Origin: Pachysolen tannophilus NRRL Y-2460
Lineage: Eukaryota
NCBI GenBank assembly: GCA_001661245.1
Contig: KV454011.1
Span: forward strand, 2,223,271 to 2,280,172
Direction: 5' to 3'
DNA length: 56,902 nucleotides
Shown here: positions 21,561 to 33,162 of the stretch, one piece after another
Layout: the number at the start of each line of letters is the position of its first letter
Numbering within the stretch: the first letter of the stretch is position 1
Position numbers and translations under genes: made by a program
Notes under the pieces: generated by a model
Told to the model about the DNA's origin: nothing
Seen by the model: the letters and a program-made list of their open reading frames with translations, nothing else
The model's database searches: none

Positions 21561-22430
21561 TTACATGAAATCGTCTTCACCAAAATCATCTTCATAATTT
21601 GTGGTATCCACATCCAAATCTTTCTTAAAAGAGCTGTTACCCAAGGAAGGTCTTGCAACTGATTTTGCCTTTTTCTTACCGGCACCTCCTTGAGAAGTAC
21701 CACCTGCTTTTGATAATCTCAGTTGTCTTTCTTCTCTTTCTTTTTCTTTTATTAAGACATTTAAAGTAGAATTAACTTTTCTAACATTTTCCATACTTAA
21801 TGGTTTACATAAATCTCTAATTAAATCAATTGCTAAACTTGAAGTATAATTTAATAAACTTTGATCTGCTAATGCTGTTAAAAGAGGCAGTATAGTTTTT
21901 CTCAATTTTTCATAATCTTGTTTTGTCTCTGGATGGAAAATTGGATTTGTCAGTAATGGAGCATCTTTATTAGAAATAGATGAAGAATTAGTTGCTAAAT
22001 TTTGAAGTTTTTCTTGTTCTAATCTTGCTGCTTTTGCTCTTGGATGTTCATCAGCAACACCTAAACCATCAAATAAAGATGCAGCATTATTCAAATCAGA
22101 CTCCAACTGTGCCTTCTTCAAAAGCTCTGCTCTTGTTTGTTCATCAACTAAATCAATATCCATTAATACTTTAGATTTATTTCCTAATGTATTTTTACCA
22201 TGCTTGGCATTTTTCCTCTTAAGAGCTTCTTCTTCTCTTTTCTTCTTTAAAACAGCTTGAGCAGCAGCTTCTTCCTTTGCCTTCTCCTTTGCCTTTTCCC
22301 TCTCTTCTTCCGAATCAACATCCCATGATTCTAATACAGGCTCATCATCTCCTTCATCTTCCCATGAAGCAGTAACTGCATTCGAATTCGATGAAGTAGG
22401 AACTGCAAAATCTTCATCGTCCCAAGACAT
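21561..22430 (-). CDS. HCR1: Translation initiation factor eIF3 subunit j
   Basis: MSWDDEDF start (ATG at 22430), [19 protein letters not shown] and C-terminal DDFM. Confidence 0.93.
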   Translation of the reverse strand: MSWDDEDFAVPTSSNSNAVTASWEDEGDDEPVLESWDVDSEEEREKAKEKAKEEAAAQAVLKKKREEEALKRKNAKHGKNTLGNKSKVLMDIDLVDEQTRAELLKKAQLESDLNNAASLFDGLGVADEHPRAKAARLEQEKLQNLATNSSSISNKDAPLLTNPIFHPETKQDYEKLRKTILPLLTALADQSLLNYTSSLAIDLIRDLCKPLSMENVRKVNSTLNVLIKEKEREERQLRLSKAGGTSQGGAGKKKAKSVARPSLGNSSFKKDLDVDTTNYEDDFGEDDFM

Positions 22431-22818
22431 ATTCAATTACAACACACACACAAAAAAAATAAAAACCAATAACCAATAGATTGAAAGAAAGAAAAAAATT
22501 AAACAAATCTCTCAACTAATAAACAATCTCAGAATCTCACAACCTCACAATCTTAGAACCTCACAATCTACTCTTTAATCATCAATCATCAATCATCATC
22601 TTCTTCTTCTTCTTCTTCCAATTGGTTCTTCTTGAAAGAATTTTTCAACTCAAATGGTTTTTGAGGATCGTCACACGACCTGTCTGCTGTCGATTTAAAA
22701 GGCAAAGATGGAGAAGATGATGAAGAAGATGATGATTAAAATGTTTTATTTTATTTTATTTTATTTTATGAGAAAATTTGGGTATTAAAGGTATTGGATT
22801 GAGGTTATAATTGGTAAG

Positions 22819-24243
22819 ATGAGGGTTGCATTTATTCATCCTGATCTTGGGATTGGAGGAGCTGAGAGGTTAGTTGTTGATGCAGCAATTGGACTTCAAG
22901 AGCAAGGAAATGATATAGTGATGTACACGTCACATTGTGATAAGAAGCATTGTTTTGAAGAAATTAAGAATTGTAGTTTGAAAGTTGAAGTTTATGGTGA
23001 TTTTTTACCTACAAGGGTTTTTAATAAGTTTCAGATTGCATTTTCTATATTAAGACAATTATATTTAATTTTAATATTAATATTAAAAGGTGAAATTGGG
23101 TGTATTGATTTATTTATTGTTGATCAATTATCATTTTGCTTACCTTTATTACATTTTTTCAAAAATGATAATGCCAAAGTTTTATTTTATTGTCATCATC
23201 CAGATTTATTGGCAGCTTCTCATGATTCTTTGTTAAGAAAATTTTATAGAAAACCATTTGATTTTATTGAAGAATTTACTACAGGTTATGCTGATAAAAT
23301 TATTGTTAATTCAATTTATACCAAAAAAATATTTAATCAAACTTTTCAAAAATTATATAAATCAGGAATTGAAACTTCAGTTGTTTATCCCTGTGTTGAA
23401 ACTGAAATATTACTTAAAGATGATTCAATAGAAGAAGTTGAAGATTTTTTTAAACTGAAAAAATATTTTCTTTCAATAAATAGATTTGATAAACCAAAAG
23501 ATATAGATTTAGCAATAACTTCATTTAAAAAATTTTTAGATAAAAATGAGAAATTATCTAATATTAAATTAGTTTTAGCTGGTGGTTATGATTCAAGAAA
23601 TATGAAAAATGTTGAATATTTAATTCATTTGGAAAAATTATGTAAAGATTTAAAATTAATTTCATTTATATTTAAAGGAAAATTAACTTTAATGCCAAGA
23701 AATGTTCAAGTCTTATTTTTACCATCCATAAGTTCAAATTTAAAAGATGCTTTAATTTCTAGAGCTGAATTATTATTATATACTCCATCAAAGGAACATT
23801 TTGGGATCGTACCATTAGAAGCTATGAGATTGGGTGTTCCAGTATTAGCTTGTAATAGAGGTGGCCCACCAGAAAGTATCATTGATAATGAAAATGGGTT
23901 TTTAAGAGACCCAGATCCTGAAGAATGGTCAAAAGTTATGGATTTGGTATTAAACAATAATAATAATGAGGTTAAAATGAATTATTTAAAAAATGGTAAA
24001 AAAAGAGTATCTGAAAAATTTTCAAGAAATTCAATGACTGAAAATTTTATAAATATAATTCAAGATACAAAAATTGCTTCATTTAAATTTGATTTTATAA
24101 TTGGGCTTTTGTTAAAAAATTTCATTTTTATATTTATTTTGGTAATTGGCTTCGTGGTGATGAATTGGCACATTTTTGCAAAATATGCAAATGGTTATTA
24201 CTTATCACTAACCCAATTTATCAAATCTAAATATAATTTGTAA
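22819..24243 (+). CDS. ALG2: Alpha-1,3/1,6-mannosyltransferase
   Basis: FIHPDLGIGGAERLVVDAA, FYCH, SINRF, EHFGIVPLEAM and a C-terminal TM segment. Confidence 0.95.
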   Translation: MRVAFIHPDLGIGGAERLVVDAAIGLQEQGNDIVMYTSHCDKKHCFEEIKNCSLKVEVYGDFLPTRVFNKFQIAFSILRQLYLILILILKGEIGCIDLFIVDQLSFCLPLLHFFKNDNAKVLFYCHHPDLLAASHDSLLRKFYRKPFDFIEEFTTGYADKIIVNSIYTKKIFNQTFQKLYKSGIETSVVYPCVETEILLKDDSIEEVEDFFKLKKYFLSINRFDKPKDIDLAITSFKKFLDKNEKLSNIKLVLAGGYDSRNMKNVEYLIHLEKLCKDLKLISFIFKGKLTLMPRNVQVLFLPSISSNLKDALISRAELLLYTPSKEHFGIVPLEAMRLGVPVLACNRGGPPESIIDNENGFLRDPDPEEWSKVMDLVLNNNNNEVKMNYLKNGKKRVSEKFSRNSMTENFINIIQDTKIASFKFDFIIGLLLKNFIFIFILVIGFVVMNWHIFAKYANGYYLSLTQFIKSKYNL

Positions 24244-24442
24244 CATTTAAATTCTTATATATATATATATATATACATATATATTTGTGTGTATTGTTAA
24301 TATACAGGTATAATAAGTATAACTAAACTAAAGATTAAAAGAATAAAAACAAATAAAAATAACAAAACAAATTTAAAAAAAAAAAAAAAAAAAAAATAGA
24401 AAAGAAAAGCCAACTAAAACATATAAAACACTCCATTCCACT

Positions 24443-25786
24443 TTACCTTTGTTGCTGTTGTTGTAAAAGTTGCAGTTCCTGCTGCTGGCGTAGTTGTTGT
24501 TGTTGTTGCTGTTGTTGTTGCTGTTGCTGCAGTTGTTGTTGGTATTGCATTAACTGATACCTTTGTTGCTGTTGTTGTTGATGGAGTTGAGTTACAGAAA
24601 CCCTTGCAGGTGCTCTCACCATATGGAAATACTCATTTGGATTATCGACATCCACAAGGGCTGCTCGGCCATTGATATTACCAATTGAACTATTTCCAAC
24701 TCTTGGTAATAACGCACCTGCAAACATTTCTCTTGCCCTTAAGAAACCAGTCCTTAACCTTGTTGGCATTATTACTTTTTTCTCTAATGGGAATGGGTAC
24801 GAACGTGAAATTCCCTCTATAACTAGTTGTGTCTCTTCATCCTCGTCTAAAGGTAAAAGAGATCCATGTACCAAATCATCCTTTGCTGCCTGAGCAGCTG
24901 CCAGACCTGCAGCAATCTTGGCTTGATTTTTACGCTGGTAAGCAGCTAGTAATTGATCATAAGGAGCAGATCTTCCTAGTACGGCTCTCTTTGCTCCCAT
25001 TGAATGAGTCTTACAAGTTAACGATCTAGCACAAAATCCTCCTCCTGCTAAAGGAACTCCACATTGTTTTTCAACATCAACAGGTCCTTTTGGTTTTGGT
25101 GCAGCTTTTGTCTTTTCCTTTTTCGGTTTCTTTTCTCTTGTTTGCTTTCTCAGTCTCTTCCCTGAAGGGGCATTCAAAGAATTCGGTGTTGAATCCAAAT
25201 TTTGAGAATTATTATTACTATTACTATTATTATTATTCAGTTTTGGTGTATCTTCGTAAATTTCTTGATTTTTTCTCTTTCTCGACATTTTAACACTATT
25301 TGTATTACTATTGCTATTTTCGTTATCGTTATTGTTTATACTATGATTGTTTGTGTTGTTGTTGGTATGCACTGCAGACTTTGATTGTGAAGAAGAATTT
25401 TTCTTTAATTTTGATGTTTCAACGCAAGATTTTATATGATCTGCTAAAAAAGTCTCTAAAATTGGTCTATCACAATGGTTACAAATTCTATAATTAATAG
25501 GAGCACCTAATGGATTCCCACAGTTGGGTTCTGGTAACTTTGGTTTTGAGCTATCTTGCTCTACTGGTAATTGATGTAAATTCTCTAAATAATGACCTAT
25601 TTCTCTCCACAATAGTTTTCCTTTATAATCAGAAGTTGGACCTATATTATCCTGATCCTCCAAATCAAATTTAAAATTAACGTTATCTGGAATAACTCGA
25701 TTGGCACTGGCACCTAATGATTTCTTTAAAATTTCATCGGATATAGTAAAAACTGGTTGTTGTACTCCAGGAACTCTCTTTGACAT
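24443..25786 (-). CDS. SGF73: SAGA DUB-module subunit (ataxin-7 homolog) with C-terminal polyQ
   Basis: Zinc finger YRICNHCDRPIL...HIKSC; SCA7 domain PVDVEKQCGVPL...CARSLTCKTHSMGAKRAV. First ATG at 25786. Confidence 0.92.
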   Translation of the reverse strand: MSKRVPGVQQPVFTISDEILKKSLGASANRVIPDNVNFKFDLEDQDNIGPTSDYKGKLLWREIGHYLENLHQLPVEQDSSKPKLPEPNCGNPLGAPINYRICNHCDRPILETFLADHIKSCVETSKLKKNSSSQSKSAVHTNNNTNNHSINNNDNENSNSNTNSVKMSRKRKNQEIYEDTPKLNNNNSNSNNNSQNLDSTPNSLNAPSGKRLRKQTREKKPKKEKTKAAPKPKGPVDVEKQCGVPLAGGGFCARSLTCKTHSMGAKRAVLGRSAPYDQLLAAYQRKNQAKIAAGLAAAQAAKDDLVHGSLLPLDEDEETQLVIEGISRSYPFPLEKKVIMPTRLRTGFLRAREMFAGALLPRVGNSSIGNINGRAALVDVDNPNEYFHMVRAPARVSVTQLHQQQQQQRYQLMQYQQQLQQQQQQQQQQQQLRQQQELQLLQQQQQR

Positions 25787-26377
25787 AGTATGTTTCAATG
25801 AAAAACAAGTGCCGTTAATGAAATAAAATAAAAATAATATAAAAATATAAAAAATAAAAAAAAAATGCTTTGACTATGCTATTGTTGTCTTCAAGGAATG
25901 TATGGGGAAAAACAAGAAAGTGTTCTTTGATTTGATTTAAATATCTCTTGTCTTGATCTAATCTATTCTTTAAATCAAATTTTGTTCTTCTTCTTCTTCC
26001 TTAGTTTTCAGTTTTTGCCCAAAAGAAAAAAAAATAAAATAAAAAAATAAAAACAAAAATAAAAAAAAAAAAAAAAAAAAAATTGGAAAAATCTATTATT
26101 CAACAGGAAGACTAAACAATCAATTAATAAATCAATCAATTGCTGATACTATTCTTTTTTAAAATTATAAACTTATAAATATATATTATATCCATCTATC
26201 TATATTATCTGCTATGTAAAGAAAGAAAACATTCAATTTGATGTTGTAGCAAAAGAAAAAAAAAAAATCTGAAAAAAAAAAAAAAAACCAAAAAAAATCA
26301 CCAAAAATAGAAACTTCCTATTTAGGAAAGCATACTTTTCCGACTCGCCATTTGGAGGTTCAGATGGTTCAGATGGT

Positions 26378-28699
26378 TTAGATGAGGTCCAGTTGTTGCT
26401 GTTGTTCTCTCAGAAGCTTATTTTTGGCCTTTTCAGTCTTTCGATCGTATTTTGTATCTTCTGGGTTGAATCCTCCTTCTTGTGATTCCCAATAAGCCCA
26501 GTCTGGGGTTTCTGAGACATAATCTAAATCGTTGAACTTGTCACCGGATTCCAACAATTGGAAGAACTTGTTGTAGTTGATATGAGTGTGCCATTTATTG
26601 TTTATCTTAAACTTTGTCTGTGCTATTAAGATACAGCATGAATGTGCATGTTCGCAAGCAATATCATAACTGAATCCTTTTTTTTGTAATTCTTGATTTA
26701 AATTACGAACAAATTGTTGGCATTCTTGATAAAATGGAATATTTTGCATTGTTAAAGGGTTTCCATTACCGCTTGAAGAGCCACAGAATGTTGCTCCTTT
26801 AATTTCAATCAAAGAAGGTTGACCTCTTGCAACCAAATCTGCGTATTCATTAACATCAGTCATATTAAATCCTTTTACTAAAGTTAATCTGAAAACAGTT
26901 CTTTGATGCAGTTGAGTAGTTTTCAAAATTTCTAGGCATTTTAATAATCTTTCCCAATAATCTTTGAATAATGGTCTATCAACTTTTTTCAATGAATCTC
27001 TAGTAGAAGCATCAATAGAAACATATAATTGTGTAACTTTCCCTAATGCATTCAATTGTTCTGGATGTTGGGCATTACAGACTAAAAATGAAGAAATATG
27101 TTTCTCATGTAACATTTCAACAAATTCATTAATATATGGATAAAAAATAGGTTCTCCAACTAAAGATAATGCACAATGTTTCACGGTAAATGCTTCGTTA
27201 AATCTTTCAGCAACCACTCCTGGTACACCTCTCATCTGTTTGATCTTCTTATAATGACCCTCTAATGCTCCTTTCAATATCACCTCAGGACCATCTACTT
27301 GCCATCTCCATGATGTACCAACAGGGTTTGTTCCATGTCTCCAACAAAAGACACATTTATTGGAACATGATAATGAAGGTGTAGTCTCCATACAAAGATG
27401 AGATTTAATACCATAAAATGCAAATTTATAACAAGAACCTCTACCTCTTAATGCAGATTTTGTCCATCTACAAATCTTAACACCCGAATGTGATCCAACA
27501 ACTGTATAACCTTGTTTTGTTAAAGATTTATAAGTTGGTGAATCCTTAGCAACCATCTCCTTAATTTCTCTTCTTTCCATTATATCAACCTCTGATGAAT
27601 CAGAGCTCGACTCTCTTATCATCTTACCCATATCCTCCACATCTACTAAAGTACCTTCAGATTCTCCCGAGCCGCTATCATTGTCGTTGTCATTGTCATT
27701 GTCATTGTCACTGCCAATCTCTTCAATGTCATCACCATCATCGTTATTCCTGTTATTGTTCAAAGTTATTGGTGTATCATCTTTTAAAGACTCTGCAAAT
27801 AAATTTATCCATTCTTCAATTCTATTATCTCCTCCAGTTTTCATACAAATGGTACCAAGAGGGAAAATTCTTCTTCCACCTAATTTCCCTAACCATTTAT
27901 CTGCTAATTTTGCCTGATAACAAAATCTTTCAGGCCATGACTCAGAATCTCCAACACCTAATACTGAGAATCCTGCAAGTTTTTTCAATGGATATTTATC
28001 CACTCTAAAATCGTTAAAAGTTTCTTGTAAAGTCTCCAAGAAATAATCAATTGGAGAATCTGTATCGTACGAAGGTAATACCAATATATATACCAAATTC
28101 GGTAAATCAGCTGGAACATTAACAAAATAATCATCAAGATCATTAACATCATCATCTAAATTTAAAAGTTTAGGCTTGTTTGTCAAGTTAATGTCATTTG
28201 ACAATTTTTGGTATAATTTTTCAGCCGCTCTTTGAGATGATCCTGTTAATGTGGTATAAAAGATTATTATATTTGAATTAAGCCAACTGTTACTCCCTAC
28301 AGATTTCAAAGTTGGCGATAATGATTTGGTCGGTTTCTTTCCCTTGGCATTAATGATTTTTGGAACTCTCTTGGCTTTTATTCTTTCTGATAACAAGTTT
28401 GATTTTGGTTTGAAGCTCAAAGTAAAATCTACTTCATTCGGCACATTAGCAACAGTAGTTGTAGCAGCAGTAGCAGCAGTAGCAACTTTAGCAACTTTAG
28501 CAACTTTAGCAGCAGCGACAGAAGCTATAATCTTACCACTAGAAACATTATCATGCCTTTCACTACTGGCACCATCTCGTTTTTCAAGATTTTTCAGCAA
28601 AAAATAAACTGTCACCACTAACGATACTAATGTCCATCTTCCTCCAGAGACAAGGTATATGAAAAGTGCACCAACTAGCACGAAAGAACTCACACCCAT
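26378..28699 (-). CDS. TYW1: tRNA wybutosine synthesis radical-SAM/flavodoxin enzyme
   Basis: N-terminal TM, flavodoxin TLTGSS, LTKQGYTVVGSHSGVKICRWTK, radical-SAM CSNKCVFC, HCALSLVGEP. First ATG at 28699. Confidence 0.95.
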   Translation of the reverse strand: MGVSSFVLVGALFIYLVSGGRWTLVSLVVTVYFLLKNLEKRDGASSERHDNVSSGKIIASVAAAKVAKVAKVATAATAATTTVANVPNEVDFTLSFKPKSNLLSERIKAKRVPKIINAKGKKPTKSLSPTLKSVGSNSWLNSNIIIFYTTLTGSSQRAAEKLYQKLSNDINLTNKPKLLNLDDDVNDLDDYFVNVPADLPNLVYILVLPSYDTDSPIDYFLETLQETFNDFRVDKYPLKKLAGFSVLGVGDSESWPERFCYQAKLADKWLGKLGGRRIFPLGTICMKTGGDNRIEEWINLFAESLKDDTPITLNNNRNNDDGDDIEEIGSDNDNDNDNDNDSGSGESEGTLVDVEDMGKMIRESSSDSSEVDIMERREIKEMVAKDSPTYKSLTKQGYTVVGSHSGVKICRWTKSALRGRGSCYKFAFYGIKSHLCMETTPSLSCSNKCVFCWRHGTNPVGTSWRWQVDGPEVILKGALEGHYKKIKQMRGVPGVVAERFNEAFTVKHCALSLVGEPIFYPYINEFVEMLHEKHISSFLVCNAQHPEQLNALGKVTQLYVSIDASTRDSLKKVDRPLFKDYWERLLKCLEILKTTQLHQRTVFRLTLVKGFNMTDVNEYADLVARGQPSLIEIKGATFCGSSSGNGNPLTMQNIPFYQECQQFVRNLNQELQKKGFSYDIACEHAHSCCILIAQTKFKINNKWHTHINYNKFFQLLESGDKFNDLDYVSETPDWAYWESQEGGFNPEDTKYDRKTEKAKNKLLREQQQQLDLI

Positions 28700-28977
28700 C
28701 CTCAATAAACCTAAAATACTTCCAAGCAAAAGCAATACCTTTCCAATATTACTTTCTTAAAGGAACCTACAAGTAAAAAAAAAAACTAGAATAAAGAAAG
28801 ATAAAATGAAAAAAAAAATAAAAAAAAAAAAAAAAAAAGAAAGCAAAAAAAAACTTTTCACCTTTATTTTACTCTATGCAGAGATGATAATAGATAATAT
28901 TATATTAGATAAAATATATATATATATATAGATGAGAGCGATAATATACAAGATTGTTTGTGATGGGGAAACGAGCC

Positions 28978-30483
28978 TTAGTAGTTCCTTTCTGAGTTAC
29001 TTTTCTTAAAGATGTTTAAGAATAATGAACCTAGACCTTGAGTTGGTTGTTGTGGTAACTCATTATATGCTAAATATTTGTTTTGTGAAAGTTTTGATTG
29101 TTGAGATTTTTTCTTTTGAAGTTCATGATTGTCTTTATCACCAATAACATGATTTTTCAAAGCATCATTTAGTACTTCTGGTCTATTTATTCTTTTGTAC
29201 ATATTTTTAAGTTCTCTTTCTACAGTTAAGTACATTTTTTGAGAAGCTAGAGGTGCTTGTAAATTATAACCTCTGATTGTATCATTCAATGATTGAATTT
29301 TCAAATTTAAATATGACAATTGTTGATCTTCCCAGTGTTTGTCTCTTAATTTTGCTCCATTATCTTGGGATTCTGCTATCAGGAATTGTTCAATAATTTT
29401 AGATTGATCTTGTAAAGATTTATTTGGGTATTTTTCACAAATCAAATTTATTCCTCGTTTCAACCAATCTTTATCTAAAGAATCTCTAAAATTACGTATC
29501 ACCACTTCTACAGAGCTTTGTTTTTCAATCCAAGGTGGAACAATATCTTGTCTTTTCAAGATATTGTTCAAGTGATATTCGGTTCTATCAATATATGCAG
29601 ATGAAGAATGAGAGTCTTTTTTAAAAGGTTTCCCTCTATTAGGTAAATTTTCAAAATCACCTCTTCTCTTTGCTTCATCAATTCTCTGATCAGCAACAGC
29701 CTTGTATGCATTAACTGTATTGGAAAAAGATGTTGGTATAAACATTTCAGGTCCTAATAATCTTTCTTTATATTGTTCACGCCATTTATCATCTTGCAGT
29801 TTAGGAGTTTTTTCCTTGATTTCATGTTTTGATAAAAGATAATCCAATGATTTCTCTCTTGCATGATTTATTCTTTCACGATTTGGTAATTTTGGTGTTA
29901 TCAAAGAATCTCCATTTTTTTTAGTTATAGATAAAGGTTTATGTTTATCGATTAACATTCTCAATGTAGAATCTTGTTGAGATTCTTTCCCCGACCAAGG
30001 TTGATGTAATGCCAAATCTCTTGAATGCTTATTAACATAACTTTTAATTTTTGAAACTCCAATTTCACGTTGATATTTTTGATCAAAAGAAGCCTGTTCT
30101 AAATTTGAAATAATTTTTTGTAAATTTGGATCAGATTCCATTAAGGATTTTTCAGTATCATTATTATTATTTTTAAAAACATTAGGTTCTTTTGTTATTA
30201 TCTGGTTATAAGGTAAAGCATCCTGAGGAATACCAATACTAGGATCATCTCTTATAGGAGTTGCATCTTCCAGCAATTGTTGTAACCTTCTTTTCATGTA
30301 GCTATCGTCTTGATGATCATCATTACCAAAATTACCATTGCCACTGTCATTACTACCGTTATTGCTACCGCTGTCACCACTACTACTGCCACTACCTGTA
30401 ATTTGTTTAGTTGACGAAAACCTGAGCTTTCCCCTAGATACCACAACTTTTCTCCAACCAATTCTATAACCTCTTGAAAGCAT
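28978..30483 (-). CDS. Probable mitochondrial DUF1992 (DNAJC28-like domain) protein
   Basis: Arg-rich presequence; ADQRIDEAKRRGDFENLPNRGKP, YIDRTEYHLNNILKRQDIVPPWIEKQ, IRGYNLQAP. Confidence 0.8.
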   Translation of the reverse strand: MLSRGYRIGWRKVVVSRGKLRFSSTKQITGSGSSSGDSGSNNGSNDSGNGNFGNDDHQDDSYMKRRLQQLLEDATPIRDDPSIGIPQDALPYNQIITKEPNVFKNNNNDTEKSLMESDPNLQKIISNLEQASFDQKYQREIGVSKIKSYVNKHSRDLALHQPWSGKESQQDSTLRMLIDKHKPLSITKKNGDSLITPKLPNRERINHAREKSLDYLLSKHEIKEKTPKLQDDKWREQYKERLLGPEMFIPTSFSNTVNAYKAVADQRIDEAKRRGDFENLPNRGKPFKKDSHSSSAYIDRTEYHLNNILKRQDIVPPWIEKQSSVEVVIRNFRDSLDKDWLKRGINLICEKYPNKSLQDQSKIIEQFLIAESQDNGAKLRDKHWEDQQLSYLNLKIQSLNDTIRGYNLQAPLASQKMYLTVERELKNMYKRINRPEVLNDALKNHVIGDKDNHELQKKKSQQSKLSQNKYLAYNELPQQPTQGLGSLFLNIFKKSNSERNY

Positions 30484-30814
30484 ATTCTTGTATCGATTTG
30501 ATAAATGAATAGATAACGATTAAAAATTCAAATTATTTTACTAGTAGTGCAAAATTACTACTGCTTATTTTATACTACTTTAAATGTTAAATCAGATATG
30601 CTAAAATTCTAAATAATAATATAAATATAAATCTACCTACCAATAAAAACCAATAAAAAAAGATTTCCCAATAGAAAGGAAGATAGAAAGATAGAAATAA
30701 GGGAGGAGGGAAAATGGGAGTATGTAAATAATAATAAATAAATAAGTTTTTTTTTTTTTTTTTTTTTTTTCTTCATAGATCATTTTATTCAATTTAAAAT
30801 AAATTTGTTTTGTA

Positions 30815-31678
30815 TTAGTTTCTCTTTTTACCTTTGTATACTGGTAATTGAATAGCACGAACTGTAACGTAAGCATTTTCTGGATTTGCCAACCCTGCAT
30901 AAGCGTTATACCAAGAGATGAACAGCGTAATGATTCCAAAGATACCACCTGCTCTTGTACAATTTGTTGAAGGTGCCAATTGTCCTATTGATAATAATAA
31001 AAAAGTTAAATCTAAAAAAAAATATAATGAGAAAAATCCTAAAGTTGATTTCATAGTTGTTAATACTAACATGAATGTAAATATTGTCCAACCTAATAAG
31101 AAAAACCCTGTAGCTACTTCTAAATCTCTTTCATTTGTATAACTACTTGCAATTCCAAACCAAGGAATATTAATTGCACCAAATGACATCCAAAATCCAC
31201 CATAACTTGAAAGAGCTAAAGCACCAAAAGTATTTTCCAATGCCAATTCCCACATTCCTGTACATAATTGAATAAATCCTCCATAAAACATTGCCAGTCC
31301 TATAACTATTCCTGTTTCTGTTACTCCCATTGCTTTTGCATTAATCATTGAAAGAAGAAAAGTTGTTAAAGCAAAAGCAGAAAGACCTAAAGGACCAGGA
31401 TTACCAAATTTATGGATTGAAGGTGCACTTAAACCTGGATTTAAACTACCACCAAATGCTTTTATTAATTCATTTTTATAATATTTTTCTTTACCAATAT
31501 GAATAATTTCATCATTTACACCTGAAGTAATAATTCTTGAAACTCCAGAATGAGAATCTGAATGATGATGTGATGGATATTTTTCAATATCGTGACCATT
31601 ATGAACTGAAGCTAATGAAGAATGAATACTATGATTCGATTCAACTAATGCAATTGGATTCTGGTGATTTTCCGGCAT
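30815..31678 (-). CDS. Gpr1/Fun34/YaaH acetate/ammonium transporter (Ady2/Ato-like)
   Basis: AFGGSLNPG and NPGPLGLSAFALTT signature; about six TM segments. ATG at 31678. Confidence 0.92.
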   Translation of the reverse strand: MPENHQNPIALVESNHSIHSSLASVHNGHDIEKYPSHHHSDSHSGVSRIITSGVNDEIIHIGKEKYYKNELIKAFGGSLNPGLSAPSIHKFGNPGPLGLSAFALTTFLLSMINAKAMGVTETGIVIGLAMFYGGFIQLCTGMWELALENTFGALALSSYGGFWMSFGAINIPWFGIASSYTNERDLEVATGFFLLGWTIFTFMLVLTTMKSTLGFFSLYFFLDLTFLLLSIGQLAPSTNCTRAGGIFGIITLFISWYNAYAGLANPENAYVTVRAIQLPVYKGKKRN

Positions 31679-33162
31679 CCCAAAAAAAAAATAAAAAAAA
31701 AAAAAACTAAACACAAAGTAAATGAAAAAAAAACTTTTAAAAAAAAATAATAAAAAAAAAAGAAAAAGGAAAACTTTTATATATATAAAGAAATATGAAA
31801 AGATTAAAATAAAAGAATATACCCCACCAAACTTACCAAACGTTTAAATAAAAAAAAAAGTTTATTATTATTATAAAATATATATAACAGTATTATATTA
31901 TACTACACGCAGATTTGTACAACGTTTCCTCTCTGTTTTCTGTTTTCTTAGTTGTATTTAAATGTAATTAGTATGTCTTAAAGTGAGCGGCTGCGGCTGC
32001 ATCTGCTTTTCCCAAGTCGGTTCCTAATAATTTTATATAATAACATAGAAAGTGCATCATTTATTATGTATCAAAGAAAAATACCTCTTTTTTTATATAT
32101 ATAAAGCTTTTTGTCCCCAGACCAAGAAAAAAAAATCAAACCTTAGATGTCTATTGGTCAATAAGACATATTAAAGGAGGCTCATCAATAGAGATCTTTA
32201 TTGTTCGGGAATTGAAGTTGGAGAAATAAAGAAATTGAAAGTTAAGAGTTGGGGGTTGGGGGTTGGGGTAGGCTAGGAGGAGTTGTTAAAGAGGGGGTTT
32301 TGGGAGAGTTTCAACCAGTTTTCAGCTTTATAACTAAACTAACTGTTTTTACACTACAAAACTATACATACATTACTTAACGCATAAAAGCTCCACTTTT
32401 CATGAAAGTTACGTAATAAGTAAGTGGTGATTCTGTGATGAGCGGGATTACGTAAGATGCGAGATGAAGAGGAGCTAGTTTAAACTTAAAAAGAAAAGAA
32501 AGCAAAAAAGAAACCCGCTTTTCCCTTTTTGGAGTGTTGTTACAGTGTGCACGATGTTCTTATTTTTTTTTTATTTTTTTTATTTTTTTTATTTTTTTTT
32601 TTGTTCTTTTTCCTCTTTTGGAGTTTTGAAACAAACTACTGAAAGTGCACTACTTTTTAGATTTTTTTTTTTGTTTTCAATACAATTAATTAATTAAGTT
32701 TGGAAAAAGGGCCCTAAAAGATAAGGAACTAGCGAGGAATATGTCCGTAATCGATAAAATAGAATGGACAAGTACGGGACATATTGTTTGATAAAAATAC
32801 AATACAATATATATATATATATCTGATGTTTTTTTTTTTTTTTTTTAGGTCTTTGCGTTTTCTTTTTTTGCCCAGTAAAATTCTCTCAAAGATTTTTCTT
32901 CTTTACCCTATATTTAACCTTCTTCTAGTCATTGCTCTTTTTCCTTTTACTTATAGTTACGAAAAAAATTAAATGATCTCTTTGTTTCTGCACTAAAATT
33001 AAACGAGAATTTTTTATTTTTTTTTTTTTTTTTTTTTTTCTTTCTCTCTCTATCTCTCTATATCTAAATCAAAGTAAAGTTGCGCATTCATTTGACTCAA
33101 TAATTAATAAACTTTGGATTATTTTTTTTTTTGATCTTTTTGCTTTGCTTTTTCTTTGGCTG

